NCBI GenBank assembly: GCA_965248265.1
Contig: CBDFJF010000001.1
Span: 320,001 to 384,000 of the forward strand
Length of the DNA stretch: 64,000 nt
Direction of reading: 5' to 3'
DNA from: Candidatus Latescibacterota bacterium
GTDB taxonomy: Bacteria > Latescibacterota > UBA2968 > UBA8231
Shown: positions 1-10,092 of the stretch, in pieces
Layout of the letters: the number at the start of each line of letters is the position of its first letter
Numbering within the stretch: position 1 is the first letter of the stretch
Translations under genes and position numbers: made by a program
The notes under the pieces: model-generated
What the model was told of the DNA's origin: nothing
Databases searched by the model: none
What the model saw: only the letters and a program-made list of their open reading frames with translations

Positions 1-1
1 G

Positions 2-3000
2 CCGACGAATCCGCAGACGGTAGCTTCGGAGGTGGCGGACAATCCGATCTACGTCCACGTGGCAGATCCAGACGATGGTAGTGGCCTCGGCGCCGACGAC
101 AACAATGACGATGGCTTTCTGACCGGCAGTTGGGAGAGCGTGGGTTCGACGCTGGCCGACGACGACAAGTTCTTCGAGGGGTTGATCAACGAGGATTCGA
201 ATTCGACCAACGAATGGGGAGATGATGACGACAAGATCGGTTTGTTGCTCAAGTTGAACGTGCTGGGCGTCGATTCCACGACGAATCTGCAGGTTGTAAC
301 CAATAGCACCGCAAGTGCCGCTGGCACTGGATTCGGCGCACGCTCCGTACGCGTCGGATCGACACCGGTCGTCGGTTTTACCAGCGGAGCCTACTTTGCT
401 CTGGGAGCGAACATTGACATCGTGCCGTCGAACGCAGCACCCACAGTGGCTGTGCTGGAGCCGGATGGCACCGGTGACACCGCAGACACGTCCTTCCTCA
501 TCGAATACGACCTGAACGATGCCGACGACGATCTCGACGCGGGTATGACTGCCGCGCTTTATGCCTACCCTTCTGATAACCTGGGGACGGTGAGGGATAT
601 CCGGATTTTCGCGACACTCATCGCGGATGAGAATGATGTCTCGGCGAACAATGTCAACGGCACCGACGATCTGGAAGAAGGCAACAACCGGGACTATACC
701 TGGGATGACCCCTCTGACGCTCTGAAAAGCAACCTGTTCGCGTCCATCTTCCGCGTGCCGAGTGGCTCTTACTTCATCTATCTGGTCGCCGACGACGGCA
801 ACAACCCGCCGGTATTCGCCGTCAGCTCAGGCCCCCTCAGTATCGTACACAGCCCGATCGTTCAGCAGGTCGACCCGATTGTTGCTGACACCGTGGATTC
901 CGGAGTGCGTACCGGCCTCAAGGCGAATCCATACGACCTCGACTTCAGCGTCGTCGACCACGACAGCGATGCCCGCGTGCAGCTGTTCTACGCCTCGGTC
1001 AGCGGCATCACTTCCGTTTCCGTGACCGGTTCCTACCCGAATCAGCGTTTTGTCCTGGGAAAAAGCGTGGCGGGCACTCGCGGCATCGCCATCACGGATT
1101 CGACGATTTTGACGGACCTAGACAGGGAGTTTTCGTGGGATATCACCGATTCCGTCTTCGTAGCGGGAGACTCAGCCATCGTCGACGACGGGACCTACTT
1201 CCTCTATGCGGTGGCGACAGATTCGATAAACGTCAGCGTCGGCAACAGTGCCACGTCCCTGGTAGTCAAGCACTCGCCCTCGTTCGAATTCTTCGAGCCT
1301 GCTGAAGACACCCAACGCAGCATCGACTCGGGCTCCCAATCCGCTTACACGATCCAATGGCAAAAGGGACCCGGGGACGATGATTACGATGACAATGCCT
1401 CGATCGATCTGTACTTCACGACGGATGATCCGGCCGTCGTCGATCATTCGACTGAGGCAGGCGCAACGACGGACGCTCTGATCAACGATGCCGACACCAA
1501 AACGATCGTCACCGGCCTTACCGAAGATGGGGATGGATCCTCTGACATGTACGTGTGGAATCTGCAAACGCCACCCAATAACATCCCCGTGAGCGGCGCG
1601 CAGGTGTGGGTTTACGCTGTCGCGATCGGTGCCACGGATACGACCGTGGCCCGGGGCGGTTCAGTCACCATCACGCACACGCCATACATGCGGTTGAATA
1701 CCCGGATGCCGGAGATCAACCAGGGTGATGTCATCAGGCTCGAATGGGAGGCCTACATGGTGGACGACGGATCCAGCACGGACGATGCCTACATCCGACT
1801 GTACGCGTCAACGAGCAGTGGCTTGACCACGGCGCAGGACCTCGAGGCCAACCTGGTAGGAGAGGGTGGGGCTGATAACACGTATATCATCAACAGTAGT
1901 GACGGCACTGCCACCGGGACGATCACGTCGATCCGTGAGACGGACGGAGATGCCTTCTCCTGGGATACCAACACCAGCACATTCACCCTGGATGAGGGAA
2001 ACTACGCCATCTACGCTGCCATCAGTGGGGATGCCACGTTCGTCGACAACACCCGGGGCAGAGTCAGTGAGTCTTCCAACCTGCTATCTGTGAAGACCAG
2101 TCAGGGCACTACGCCCAACATGGTTGTCAGCCCTAACGAGCTTATCGCCAGTGTCGGTGATACATTGACATTCGAGGTGCTCGTACAGACCGACGGCATC
2201 CCCGCCACTATGGTGTCGGCGATCATGGATTTTCCAACGAATCTCGATACGGTCAGCTTCAGTCCATTCACCGATCTGGGTGAGGTGTTCTCCGGAGGCT
2301 CCGTGATCGAGGACACGACCATTGGCAATCAACTTCGCTATACGAGAACGGGTACCGCAGAGATCATCGGAACCACGGAAGATCCAGCGCGCCTGGCCAG
2401 TTTCCAACTGGTCGTCACCAGCCCCTTCAACGGGAAAACCAGCATTTCGTTCGACGATACAGAGGCGGCCCTCAGCATCGTCGGCCGCTCGGCTCCTCTG
2501 ACTGAGACCACGGGGATGTCTGCCTTTGACGCTGAGATTCAATCGGCTCCGCGGGGGCGCATTCTGGCCACGGTCCTGCTCGAGGGACGCGCGCCCCCAG
2601 TGGGTAGTGGCAATCACAAGACTCGACTGGACGTGCACCTTCGTGTGCCCGGTAGTACGATAGACATCGGCGATGCGATATTCACCGCAGCCAACGACGA
2701 CGTGCCGGGTACGGCTGACACCGTAGAAGTTGAGACCTCGTCGGCCGGAGGACTGGCCCTCTTGAGCGTGCCGCAGGGTCGTTACGTCCTCACCTTCAAG
2801 GATTCGAGCCATCTGAGTGGTCGCACGGATACGCTGACGATTCGCAACGGTGAGACGATCGTGTTGAGCTCCGCAGAAGGGTTGTTCGCATCCGACATTC
2901 GGGGCGATGCTTCGTTCCTGCTCAGTCAGGACGGCAAACTGCTCAAGGCCGGTGATGCAACCGGGGACAACGAGATCGACGAGGACGACGTCAACGCCAT

Positions 3001-3913
3001 TGACGCGGCATGGGGTACCGATAACACGAAATCGGGTTTCGCGCGTGCCGACCTCAACAACGACGAGCGTGTCGGAGTCGAGGATCTCACAGTGACGACG
3101 TCCAACATCAGCAATAGCACTGGTTTTGGAGCGCCGCCTGTATTCAAGCGCATGGGGCCGGGCCCCCAGTCTGTCGACGCACCTGCCTTGGCACTGTCCG
3201 CTCCCGGTTTCAAAGGCCAGTGGCGCAGCGGATCCCAGATCGAGTTGCTGTTTACGGCGACCGGGCTGCGCGATCTAGCCGGGTACAGCCTGGAATTGGA
3301 TTATGATCCACTCGAGATGGATCTGGTGCGACCGCCCACTACCAGCAGCACCGGACGGCACATCTTCGCGTCCAATCCGAATGGCTATTTCGAGCATCTC
3401 AGTATCGAGCCGGGACGCGTGGCGGTGGCAGCAGCACGCCTGGGGACTGACTGGACTGCCGATGGCGACGGGGAAGTCATGCGCCTGCGCATCAGGTTGA
3501 ATCGGGATGGTTTCCCCGAGTCGCTGCGCGTTCGCGAAGGAAAACTGTTGAGCGCAGCCTACGAGGCCACCGAGTTGAACCTCGCCGGCGATCCCTTCCT
3601 GCTGGCACTGCCCAGGGAGTTGGCGGTGCGGCAGAATTACCCCAATCCGTTCAATCCGACGACGACGATTCCGTTCGAAGTCCCGGCGGCTCAATCTTCG
3701 GCGACGGTGGCTGTGCCCGTATCAGTCGAGATTTTCAATACACTCGGACAGCTGGTTCGTACCCTGGTGCGGGAGGACCTGCACCCGGGATACCACCGTG
3801 CGTCCTGGGACGGCCGCAACGGCTCCGGACACGGCGTCGCCACCGGGATGTATCTGTACCGCGTGCGGGCTGGAGAGCTGAGCAAGTCGGGCAGGATGAC
3901 GCTGATCAAGTAG
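2..3913 (+). CDS. Large acidic secreted/surface protein (5'-truncated by window edge): Ig-like repeats, two cohesin-like domains, dockerin-like EF-hand pair, C-terminal FlgD-Ig/T9SS type A sorting domain
   Basis: Frame is open from the window start. About four repeats of the type 'I.W/Y...D.DD.A.I.LY...WD...G.Y.IYAVA'. Dockerin-like GDATGDNEIDEDD...ADLNNDERVGVEDL. C-terminus QNYPNPFNPTTTI...WDGRNGSG...ATGMYLYRV...RMTLIK. Confidence 0.85.
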   Translation, partial: PTNPQTVASEVADNPIYVHVADPDDGSGLGADDNNDDGFLTGSWESVGSTLADDDKFFEGLINEDSNSTNEWGDDDDKIGLLLKLNVLGVDSTTNLQVVTNSTASAAGTGFGARSVRVGSTPVVGFTSGAYFALGANIDIVPSNAAPTVAVLEPDGTGDTADTSFLIEYDLNDADDDLDAGMTAALYAYPSDNLGTVRDIRIFATLIADENDVSANNVNGTDDLEEGNNRDYTWDDPSDALKSNLFASIFRVPSGSYFIYLVADDGNNPPVFAVSSGPLSIVHSPIVQQVDPIVADTVDSGVRTGLKANPYDLDFSVVDHDSDARVQLFYASVSGITSVSVTGSYPNQRFVLGKSVAGTRGIAITDSTILTDLDREFSWDITDSVFVAGDSAIVDDGTYFLYAVATDSINVSVGNSATSLVVKHSPSFEFFEPAEDTQRSIDSGSQSAYTIQWQKGPGDDDYDDNASIDLYFTTDDPAVVDHSTEAGATTDALINDADTKTIVTGLTEDGDGSSDMYVWNLQTPPNNIPVSGAQVWVYAVAIGATDTTVARGGSVTITHTPYMRLNTRMPEINQGDVIRLEWEAYMVDDGSSTDDAYIRLYASTSSGLTTAQDLEANLVGEGGADNTYIINSSDGTATGTITSIRETDGDAFSWDTNTSTFTLDEGNYAIYAAISGDATFVDNTRGRVSESSNLLSVKTSQGTTPNMVVSPNELIASVGDTLTFEVLVQTDGIPATMVSAIMDFPTNLDTVSFSPFTDLGEVFSGGSVIEDTTIGNQLRYTRTGTAEIIGTTEDPARLASFQLVVTSPFNGKTSISFDDTEAALSIVGRSAPLTETTGMSAFDAEIQSAPRGRILATVLLEGRAPPVGSGNHKTRLDVHLRVPGSTIDIGDAIFTAANDDVPGTADTVEVETSSAGGLALLSVPQGRYVLTFKDSSHLSGRTDTLTIRNGETIVLSSAEGLFASDIRGDASFLLSQDGKLLKAGDATGDNEIDEDDVNAIDAAWGTDNTKSGFARADLNNDERVGVEDLTVTTSNISNSTGFGAPPVFKRMGPGPQSVDAPALALSAPGFKGQWRSGSQIELLFTATGLRDLAGYSLELDYDPLEMDLVRPPTTSSTGRHIFASNPNGYFEHLSIEPGRVAVAAARLGTDWTADGDGEVMRLRIRLNRDGFPESLRVREGKLLSAAYEATELNLAGDPFLLALPRELAVRQNYPNPFNPTTTIPFEVPAAQSSATVAVPVSVEIFNTLGQLVRTLVREDLHPGYHRASWDGRNGSGHGVATGMYLYRVRAGELSKSGRMTLIK

Positions 3914-4031
3914 TCATCACGATGCGGCGCGGCGACGCATTGGAGAGCATGACGCCGATCCTCCATATTTCATGACCGGCGTTGGGGCAGACATTGGTAG
4001 GGCCGCCAACCCGAAAATTCGGAACGGACGA

Positions 4032-4883
4032 ATGATGGATACCCCACCACTCGCGCTCGTCGTCACCGCGCGCCACCTGCGATCGTTGATCATCGTCGCA
4101 ACTGGTCTTGCGATGATGGCGCCGGCGGAGAGTCGGGCCGAGTTCGATCCCCCGCGGATCACGGATGTCATCCGTCTTGTCGATCGGGGTGCTCTCAACA
4201 CCTCCAGCCTGCGAAAGCTCTACAACATCGACAAAGGCCAGGAGACCAACATTACCAACGGCGACACGCTCAATGTCTACCGCGAGAAACGCATCTCCTC
4301 GCTTGTCCAGCAGCAAGTACGCATCTTCGTGGGAACGCTGACGATCACCGACGCTCATGAGGGATCTGCCCTGGGTGTTTTCGAGCCCAACGAGATAGCG
4401 GGCAGGAACCACGCGGTTCGGCACAAGTCGGCAATGAAGGGTGATTTCGTGATACCCCGGCTGGTGCTCGACTCCAACGTGCTGTTCCAGGCGGCGAGGG
4501 CAGAACTGCTGGGAATCGCCCGGCAGGAGTTCTTGAAAGTGGCCGACTTCATCAAGTTTCATTCCCCCTCCAAGCTCATCATCGAGGGGCACACCGACGC
4601 CGATGGCGATGATGCTTACAACAAGGACCTGTCGCAGCGACGGGCAGAGTCCGTGCGCAGGCTACTGGTCGATGAAAATGATTTCATAACCGAGGACATG
4701 ATCGAAGCCAAAGGCTACGGTGAGGAGCGGCCGCGGGTGAAGAACGATACCGCAATCAACAAGGCGCTCAATCGCCGCATTGAGGTACTCGTGTGGTGGG
4801 AGAGCCTGGAAGAGCGCGTCGACGCAACCGAGTTGGAACTGGATGAAGAGGCGCTGCTCGAAGCTGGAGTTGAAGAAGAATAG
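4032..4883 (+). CDS. OmpA/MotB-family peptidoglycan-binding protein with N-terminal FlgT-C-like beta domain
   Basis: Signal-peptide-like N-terminus. OmpA motifs IEGHTDADG..YN..LSQRRAESV and GYGEERP...NRRIEV. Start could be 3972 or 4032. Confidence 0.85.
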   Translation: MMDTPPLALVVTARHLRSLIIVATGLAMMAPAESRAEFDPPRITDVIRLVDRGALNTSSLRKLYNIDKGQETNITNGDTLNVYREKRISSLVQQQVRIFVGTLTITDAHEGSALGVFEPNEIAGRNHAVRHKSAMKGDFVIPRLVLDSNVLFQAARAELLGIARQEFLKVADFIKFHSPSKLIIEGHTDADGDDAYNKDLSQRRAESVRRLLVDENDFITEDMIEAKGYGEERPRVKNDTAINKALNRRIEVLVWWESLEERVDATELELDEEALLEAGVEEE

Positions 4884-4907
4884 GTGCATGATGCAGGCAA
4901 CAACAGG

Positions 4908-5687
4908 ATGAGAGCTATGACCAACTACTCCAGAGCCGAACACCCGGTGGGACGGGCCAGCGGCCTGCTTTTCGCACTGGTGGTGCTGTCCGTTGTGGTT
5001 TTTACCGGGGACAGCAATGCACAGTTCAAACCACCCCGTATCATTTATGTGATCAATGCCGCCGATCTCGGTATCGCGATACCGGAAGGCGCCGATGACC
5101 GGCAGTACTACATCGATCGCGGTCAGGAATCGAACATAAACAACGGTGATACCCTCAACGTCTATCGCGAGAAACGGTTGTCGCGGCAGATTGCCAGACC
5201 GCTGAAGGTTTTTGTGGGTACGCTCGTGGTAACGGACGCGCAACAGGGATCGGCGCTTGGCAACTTCATAGCCAACGCCTCGATCATGGACAATCCCCTC
5301 ATCCGTTACAAGGTCGGCATGAAGGGGGACCTGGTGGTGCCGCGTATCGTCATCGATTCGAGTGTGCTGTTCAGCGCCGGCAGTGCCGGCCTCGAGTCCG
5401 GGGCAACGGCAGAGTTTGACAAGGTAGCGGATTTCGTCCAGCTCTACTCGCCTTCCAAGCTGTTCATCGACGGCCACACCGACTCGGACGGGGATGCGCG
5501 AGCGAACAAAGAGCTTTCCGAGGATCGGGCCGACGCCGTCAGGCGGGTCCTCGTAGAGGGGTACGACCACATCACGGACGCCATGGTCGAGGCCCGCGGC
5601 TACGGTGAGGAGCGACCGATGGTCAAGAACGACACTAAAGCGAACAAGGCCCTCAACCGGCGTATCGAAGTCCTGGTGTGGCAATAG
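4908..5687 (+). CDS. OmpA/MotB-family protein, tandem paralog of the upstream gene
   Basis: IDGHTDSDG..AN..LSEDRADAV and GYGEERP...NRRIEV. Shares NGDTLNVYREKR and FVGTL with the upstream paralog. Confidence 0.85.
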   Translation: MRAMTNYSRAEHPVGRASGLLFALVVLSVVVFTGDSNAQFKPPRIIYVINAADLGIAIPEGADDRQYYIDRGQESNINNGDTLNVYREKRLSRQIARPLKVFVGTLVVTDAQQGSALGNFIANASIMDNPLIRYKVGMKGDLVVPRIVIDSSVLFSAGSAGLESGATAEFDKVADFVQLYSPSKLFIDGHTDSDGDARANKELSEDRADAVRRVLVEGYDHITDAMVEARGYGEERPMVKNDTKANKALNRRIEVLVWQ

Positions 5688-6277
5688 ACGGTCGCAGCGG
5701 GCTGGAACAGCAGATCGGCTTCATCCTCGAAGTCGAGAAGCTCAAGCAGGTCTTCCGGCAGACCCTGCTGGTGGATGACAAGCGGCGGGAAAACGACGCC
5801 GAGCACTCCTGGCACCTGGCGTTGATGGCACTGCTTTTGGAGCAGCATGCAGCCGGGGAAGTCGATGTCCTCCGTGTAGTCAAGATGGTCCTCATCCACG
5901 ACATCGTCGAGATCGACGCCGGCGACACCTTCGCCTACGACGAAGCGGGTCAGGAAGGCAAGGAGGAGCGCGAGCGCGAAGCTGCCGCCCGCATCTTCGG
6001 GTTGCTACCGGCGGAGGACGGGAATGAGTTGGTGCAGCTTTGGGAGGAGTTCGAGGCCAGACAGAGTGCCGATGCCCGCTACGCCAACGCCCTCGACCGC
6101 TTTCAGCCCCTGTTGCTCAACTACCACGCCGGTGGTGATACCTGGCGCCGGCACGGCGTCCGCAAGGATCAAGTCATCGCACGTAACCGCCACATAAGCG
6201 AGGGCGCTCCGGCGCTTTGGGAATACGCTAAAAAACTGATCGACCGAGCAGTAGCTGAAGGCAAGCTGGACGTCTGA
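5678..6277 (+). CDS. HD-domain phosphohydrolase (YfbR/HDDC2-like 5'-deoxynucleotidase family)
   Basis: RRENDAEHSWHLA, LIHDIVEIDAGD, LWEEFE, ALDRFQP motifs. Confidence 0.88.
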   Translation: MAIDGRSGLEQQIGFILEVEKLKQVFRQTLLVDDKRRENDAEHSWHLALMALLLEQHAAGEVDVLRVVKMVLIHDIVEIDAGDTFAYDEAGQEGKEEREREAAARIFGLLPAEDGNELVQLWEEFEARQSADARYANALDRFQPLLLNYHAGGDTWRRHGVRKDQVIARNRHISEGAPALWEYAKKLIDRAVAEGKLDV

Positions 6278-6291
6278 GTGAATACAGGATC

Positions 6292-7614
6292 CTACGGGAC
6301 CGACACTGGCGCGAAGCGATCCAGTTGCCAGCGATCGGCCAACACTTTGCCCAGGCGTACCCTTACCCTCACATCACCGGCGTCGTAACTGCGCTCCAGC
6401 ACCTCGCCCTGCTCATGCAATTGCGATAGCAGGCGTCCTTCACGCTGCGGAATCAGCAATTCCAGCGTGACGTCCTGCTGACTGCAATGGTGGAGGATGA
6501 TCTCCTTCAGCGCATCGAGGCCGGCGCCACTCAACGCGGACACCGCCACTCGGTCGCTGGGCGCCGACTCCTGTGTGGGACGCTGGTGTTGCTCACCCTC
6601 CAATTGGTCGATCTTGTTGAAGACGAGGACGCGCGGCTTGTCCATCACCCCGAGCTGGGCCAGAACCTTGTCCACGGCATCGATCTGCGCTTCGTAGTGG
6701 TCATGGCTGAAGTCGACGACGTGCAGGAGCAGGTCGGCCTCCTCGGTCTCGGCCAGGGTGGCTCTGAACGAGGCGAACAGGTGTTGAGGCAGCTTGCGGA
6801 TAAAACCGACAGTATCCGTGAGCAGGATGCGCTTGCTCTGATCCAATTCGACGGCTCTGGTGGTTGAGTCCAGGGTGGCAAACAGTTGATCCTGGATCAG
6901 CACCTCCGACCCGGAGAGGGCTCGCATCAAGGTCGATTTGCCGGCGTTGGTGTAGCCGACCAGGGCCACCCGGAAGGAATCGGCACGGCTCTTCCTTCCT
7001 GTCCTCATCTGGCCGTCGATGCGCTCCAATTCCCGCGTCAGGGCGCTGATCCGGTCGCGGATCAAGCGACGGTCCGTCTCCAACTGGGTCTCGCCGGGAC
7101 CGCGCACACCAGCGGCTCCCATGCCTCGAATGGCGCCGCCCCCCGCCTGGCGCGAAAGGTGAGTCCACTGTCGGGTCAGTCTTGGTAGTAGGTATTTGAG
7201 TTGAGCGAGCTCTACTTGTAATTGCGCGGTGCGGGTGCTGGCGTGTTGGGCAAAGATGTCGAGGATCAGACCGCTCCGATCGAGAATGCGCATGTCCGTC
7301 AGTGTTTCGAGGTTGCGCATCTGAGCCGGCGACAGGTCGTCGTCGAAGACGATGAGACCGGCTCCAGTACTACTGGCCAGGGACTTCAGCTCAGCCGCTT
7401 TCCCCTTGCCGATGAAATGGGTAGGATCGATGCGTCGGCGCGCCTGAACCACGCGCTCGACAACGGTCAGTGTGGCCGTGTCAGCCAATCGATCGAGCTC
7501 GTCAAGAGAGTCTTCCGTCTCCCATGACGGCGCGGTCGTCAGTCTGACTCCAACCAGCAGGGCGGACTGTCCCTGAAGCTCTTGTGAAGAAGGTTCACCC
7601 AACGAGTCGGCCAA
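6292..7614 (-). CDS. hflX: GTPase HflX
   Basis: GPGETQLETDRR, G1 GYTNAGKST, LFATLD, DTVGF, NKID. Confidence 0.96.
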   Translation of the reverse strand: MADSLGEPSSQELQGQSALLVGVRLTTAPSWETEDSLDELDRLADTATLTVVERVVQARRRIDPTHFIGKGKAAELKSLASSTGAGLIVFDDDLSPAQMRNLETLTDMRILDRSGLILDIFAQHASTRTAQLQVELAQLKYLLPRLTRQWTHLSRQAGGGAIRGMGAAGVRGPGETQLETDRRLIRDRISALTRELERIDGQMRTGRKSRADSFRVALVGYTNAGKSTLMRALSGSEVLIQDQLFATLDSTTRAVELDQSKRILLTDTVGFIRKLPQHLFASFRATLAETEEADLLLHVVDFSHDHYEAQIDAVDKVLAQLGVMDKPRVLVFNKIDQLEGEQHQRPTQESAPSDRVAVSALSGAGLDALKEIILHHCSQQDVTLELLIPQREGRLLSQLHEQGEVLERSYDAGDVRVRVRLGKVLADRWQLDRFAPVSVP

Positions 7615-7725
7615 TTCACTGAAGAGGATGATTCAACTAAGTGTGTTATCGAGCAATATTCGAGGCGCCTTGACTAATGTCAAGCAAGACTCTTGCGTTA
7701 GAAAACACTCTACGAAGGTCATGCC

Positions 7726-10092
7726 GTGAAACAGATCCCGATCCTGCCCCTACGCAATGCGGTCGTCTATCCGTTGATGCCTCACCAGCTGACGGCGGGA
7801 CGCCAACGCTCAATCCGCGCGCTCGAGGCGGCGGCTGAAAACGACAACATCATCGGTCTGTTCTCCCAACGCGATGGAGGGATTGAAGAGCCGACTAAAG
7901 CGGATCTCTACCGCGTCGGTACGCTGGCCAAGATCGTGCGCCTGTGGCGCATGCCGGACGACAGTGTGCGCCTGATCGTTCAGGGTCAGAGTCGCGCCCG
8001 GCTCGAGGATATCGTCACCGAGAGGCCGTTCATCAGCGGGCAAGTGCGCAGACTGCGCGACAAGGGTGATCCGGCGGGCATGCCGATCAAAGCCCTCGGG
8101 CGCACGGTCAGCACCCAGTTTCAAGCGATCGTCGATCTGTCAGCGCAGTTGCCGGACGAACTCAAGGTAGTCGCCGTCAACATGGAGGACCCGGGCCGGT
8201 TAGCCGATTTCGTCACCTTCTACGTAGACGTCCACCTCGAAGAGAAGCAGGAAGTGCTGGAGCTGTTGGATATGCGCAAACGGCTTGAGTACGTGACCGC
8301 GCTGCTCGCCCGCGAGCAGGAGATTCTGGAGGTCGGAGCCAGCATCCAGTCACAAGTTCAAGAGAAAGTCGGCAAGTCCCAACGCGAGTACTACCTGCGA
8401 GAGCAGCTCAAACAGATTCAGAAGGAGCTCAGCGGCAGCGACCCGCTCGCGGCTGAGACTGACGAGTTGCGCAGCCGCATCGACGAGGCCGATCTGTCGG
8501 AGGAGGCTGCGGAGGCGGCGCAACGGGAGGTCGGCCGGCTCGAGCACATGATGCCTGGGGCGCCCGAGTATTCGGTCGTGCGAACCTACCTCGACTGGCT
8601 GTTGGAACTGCCGTGGAGTCACGGCACCGAGGATCAGCTCAACATCCGTCGCGCTCTGCGCATCCTCGACGAGGACCATTATGGTCTGTCGAAGGTCAAG
8701 GAGCGAGTCCTCGAGTACCTGGCGGTGCGCCATCTGCGCCAGGAGATCAAAGGGCCGATTCTTTGTTTTGTCGGGCCTCCGGGGGTGGGCAAGACATCCC
8801 TGGGCCGTTCGATCGCACGCGCCATGGGTCGAAATTTCACGCGTATCTCATTGGGCGGCGTTCATGACGAGGCCGAAATCCGGGGGCACCGCAGGACCTA
8901 CATAGGGGCGTTGCCGGGCCGCATCATTCAGGGCATCAAGAAGGCGGGCTCCAACAATCCCGTGTTCATGCTGGACGAGATTGACAAGCTTGGCAGCGAC
9001 TTTCGTGGCGATCCAGGGGCCGCATTGCTTGAGGTCCTCGACCCGGAGCAGAACTTTTCGTTTGCCGACAACTATCTGGATGTTCCCTTCGACCTGTCCA
9101 AGGTGTTGTTCATTACGACGGCGAACCTGTTGTCCCCCGTTCCGCCCGCGCTACGCGATCGCATGGAGGAGATTCCGATTCCAGGGTACACGCCGGATGA
9201 AAAGATCAGCATCGCGCAGAAGCATCTGCTGTCCAGACAACGGGTCGAGCACGGCATTACCGGGAACCAGTTGAAGATATCCGATCGCACCATGTTGCGG
9301 ATGATTCGCGAGTTCACCCACGAGGCGGGCCTGCGCAATCTCGAGAGAAGCCTCGGGACTATTTGTAGAAAAGTGGCCAGGCGGTTTGTGGAATCCGGCA
9401 GTAAGCGTTCCGTCAGTGTCAGTGCACACCGACTCGAGGAATACCTCGGGCCAGCCCAGTTCTTTCCGGAGGTCGCCGCGCGCAAGCCCGAGGTAGGTGT
9501 TGCCACCGGGCTCGCGGCAACGGCGGCCGGCGGGGAGATCCTCTTCATCGAGGCGACTCGCATGCCGGGGGGCAAGAAGCAGTTGATTCTCACCGGACGC
9601 CTCGGCGAGGTCATGCGGGAATCCGCCCAGACCGCCTTGAGCTACCTGCGTGCCCGATCAGAGGAGCTGGGTATAAGCCGTGAGGATTTCGAGGAGTGCG
9701 ATATCCACCTCCATGTTCCGGCGGGAGCCACTCCGAAAGAGGGGCCCTCAGCCGGCGTCGCTCTGGCCGTGGCGCTGGTATCCCTGTTCAGCGGTCGCCG
9801 CATTCGCAGTGACGTTGCCATGACAGGCGAGATAACGCTCCGTGGCCGTGTGCTTCCCGTGGGTGGCATCCGCGACAAGGTGCTGGCCGCCCAGCGCGCC
9901 GGCATACGCGCCGTCATACTGCCCGCCCGCAACGAGAAGGACCTGGAGGAGGTACCGGCCCGTGTGAAGGAGCAGATCGAGTTTCACGCGGTCGAACATT
10001 TCGACCAGGCGCTGGAGGTAGCGGAGGCGACGACGCGGCGCCGGGGGTCAACGTCACGAAAATCGAAGCCCAGGAAGAAGAAAGGGCAATGA
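7726..10092 (+). CDS. lon: ATP-dependent Lon protease
   Basis: LON N-domain, Walker A GPPGVGKTS, GHRRTYIGA, catalytic PKEGPSAG and IRDK. Confidence 0.97.
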   Translation: MKQIPILPLRNAVVYPLMPHQLTAGRQRSIRALEAAAENDNIIGLFSQRDGGIEEPTKADLYRVGTLAKIVRLWRMPDDSVRLIVQGQSRARLEDIVTERPFISGQVRRLRDKGDPAGMPIKALGRTVSTQFQAIVDLSAQLPDELKVVAVNMEDPGRLADFVTFYVDVHLEEKQEVLELLDMRKRLEYVTALLAREQEILEVGASIQSQVQEKVGKSQREYYLREQLKQIQKELSGSDPLAAETDELRSRIDEADLSEEAAEAAQREVGRLEHMMPGAPEYSVVRTYLDWLLELPWSHGTEDQLNIRRALRILDEDHYGLSKVKERVLEYLAVRHLRQEIKGPILCFVGPPGVGKTSLGRSIARAMGRNFTRISLGGVHDEAEIRGHRRTYIGALPGRIIQGIKKAGSNNPVFMLDEIDKLGSDFRGDPGAALLEVLDPEQNFSFADNYLDVPFDLSKVLFITTANLLSPVPPALRDRMEEIPIPGYTPDEKISIAQKHLLSRQRVEHGITGNQLKISDRTMLRMIREFTHEAGLRNLERSLGTICRKVARRFVESGSKRSVSVSAHRLEEYLGPAQFFPEVAARKPEVGVATGLAATAAGGEILFIEATRMPGGKKQLILTGRLGEVMRESAQTALSYLRARSEELGISREDFEECDIHLHVPAGATPKEGPSAGVALAVALVSLFSGRRIRSDVAMTGEITLRGRVLPVGGIRDKVLAAQRAGIRAVILPARNEKDLEEVPARVKEQIEFHAVEHFDQALEVAEATTRRRGSTSRKSKPRKKKGQ

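Noticed and set aside
4662-5684. Long antisense ORFs such as 4662-5684, 40259-41185 and 47084-48007
   Set aside because: They are shadow frames opposite well-supported genes, as expected in GC-rich DNA.
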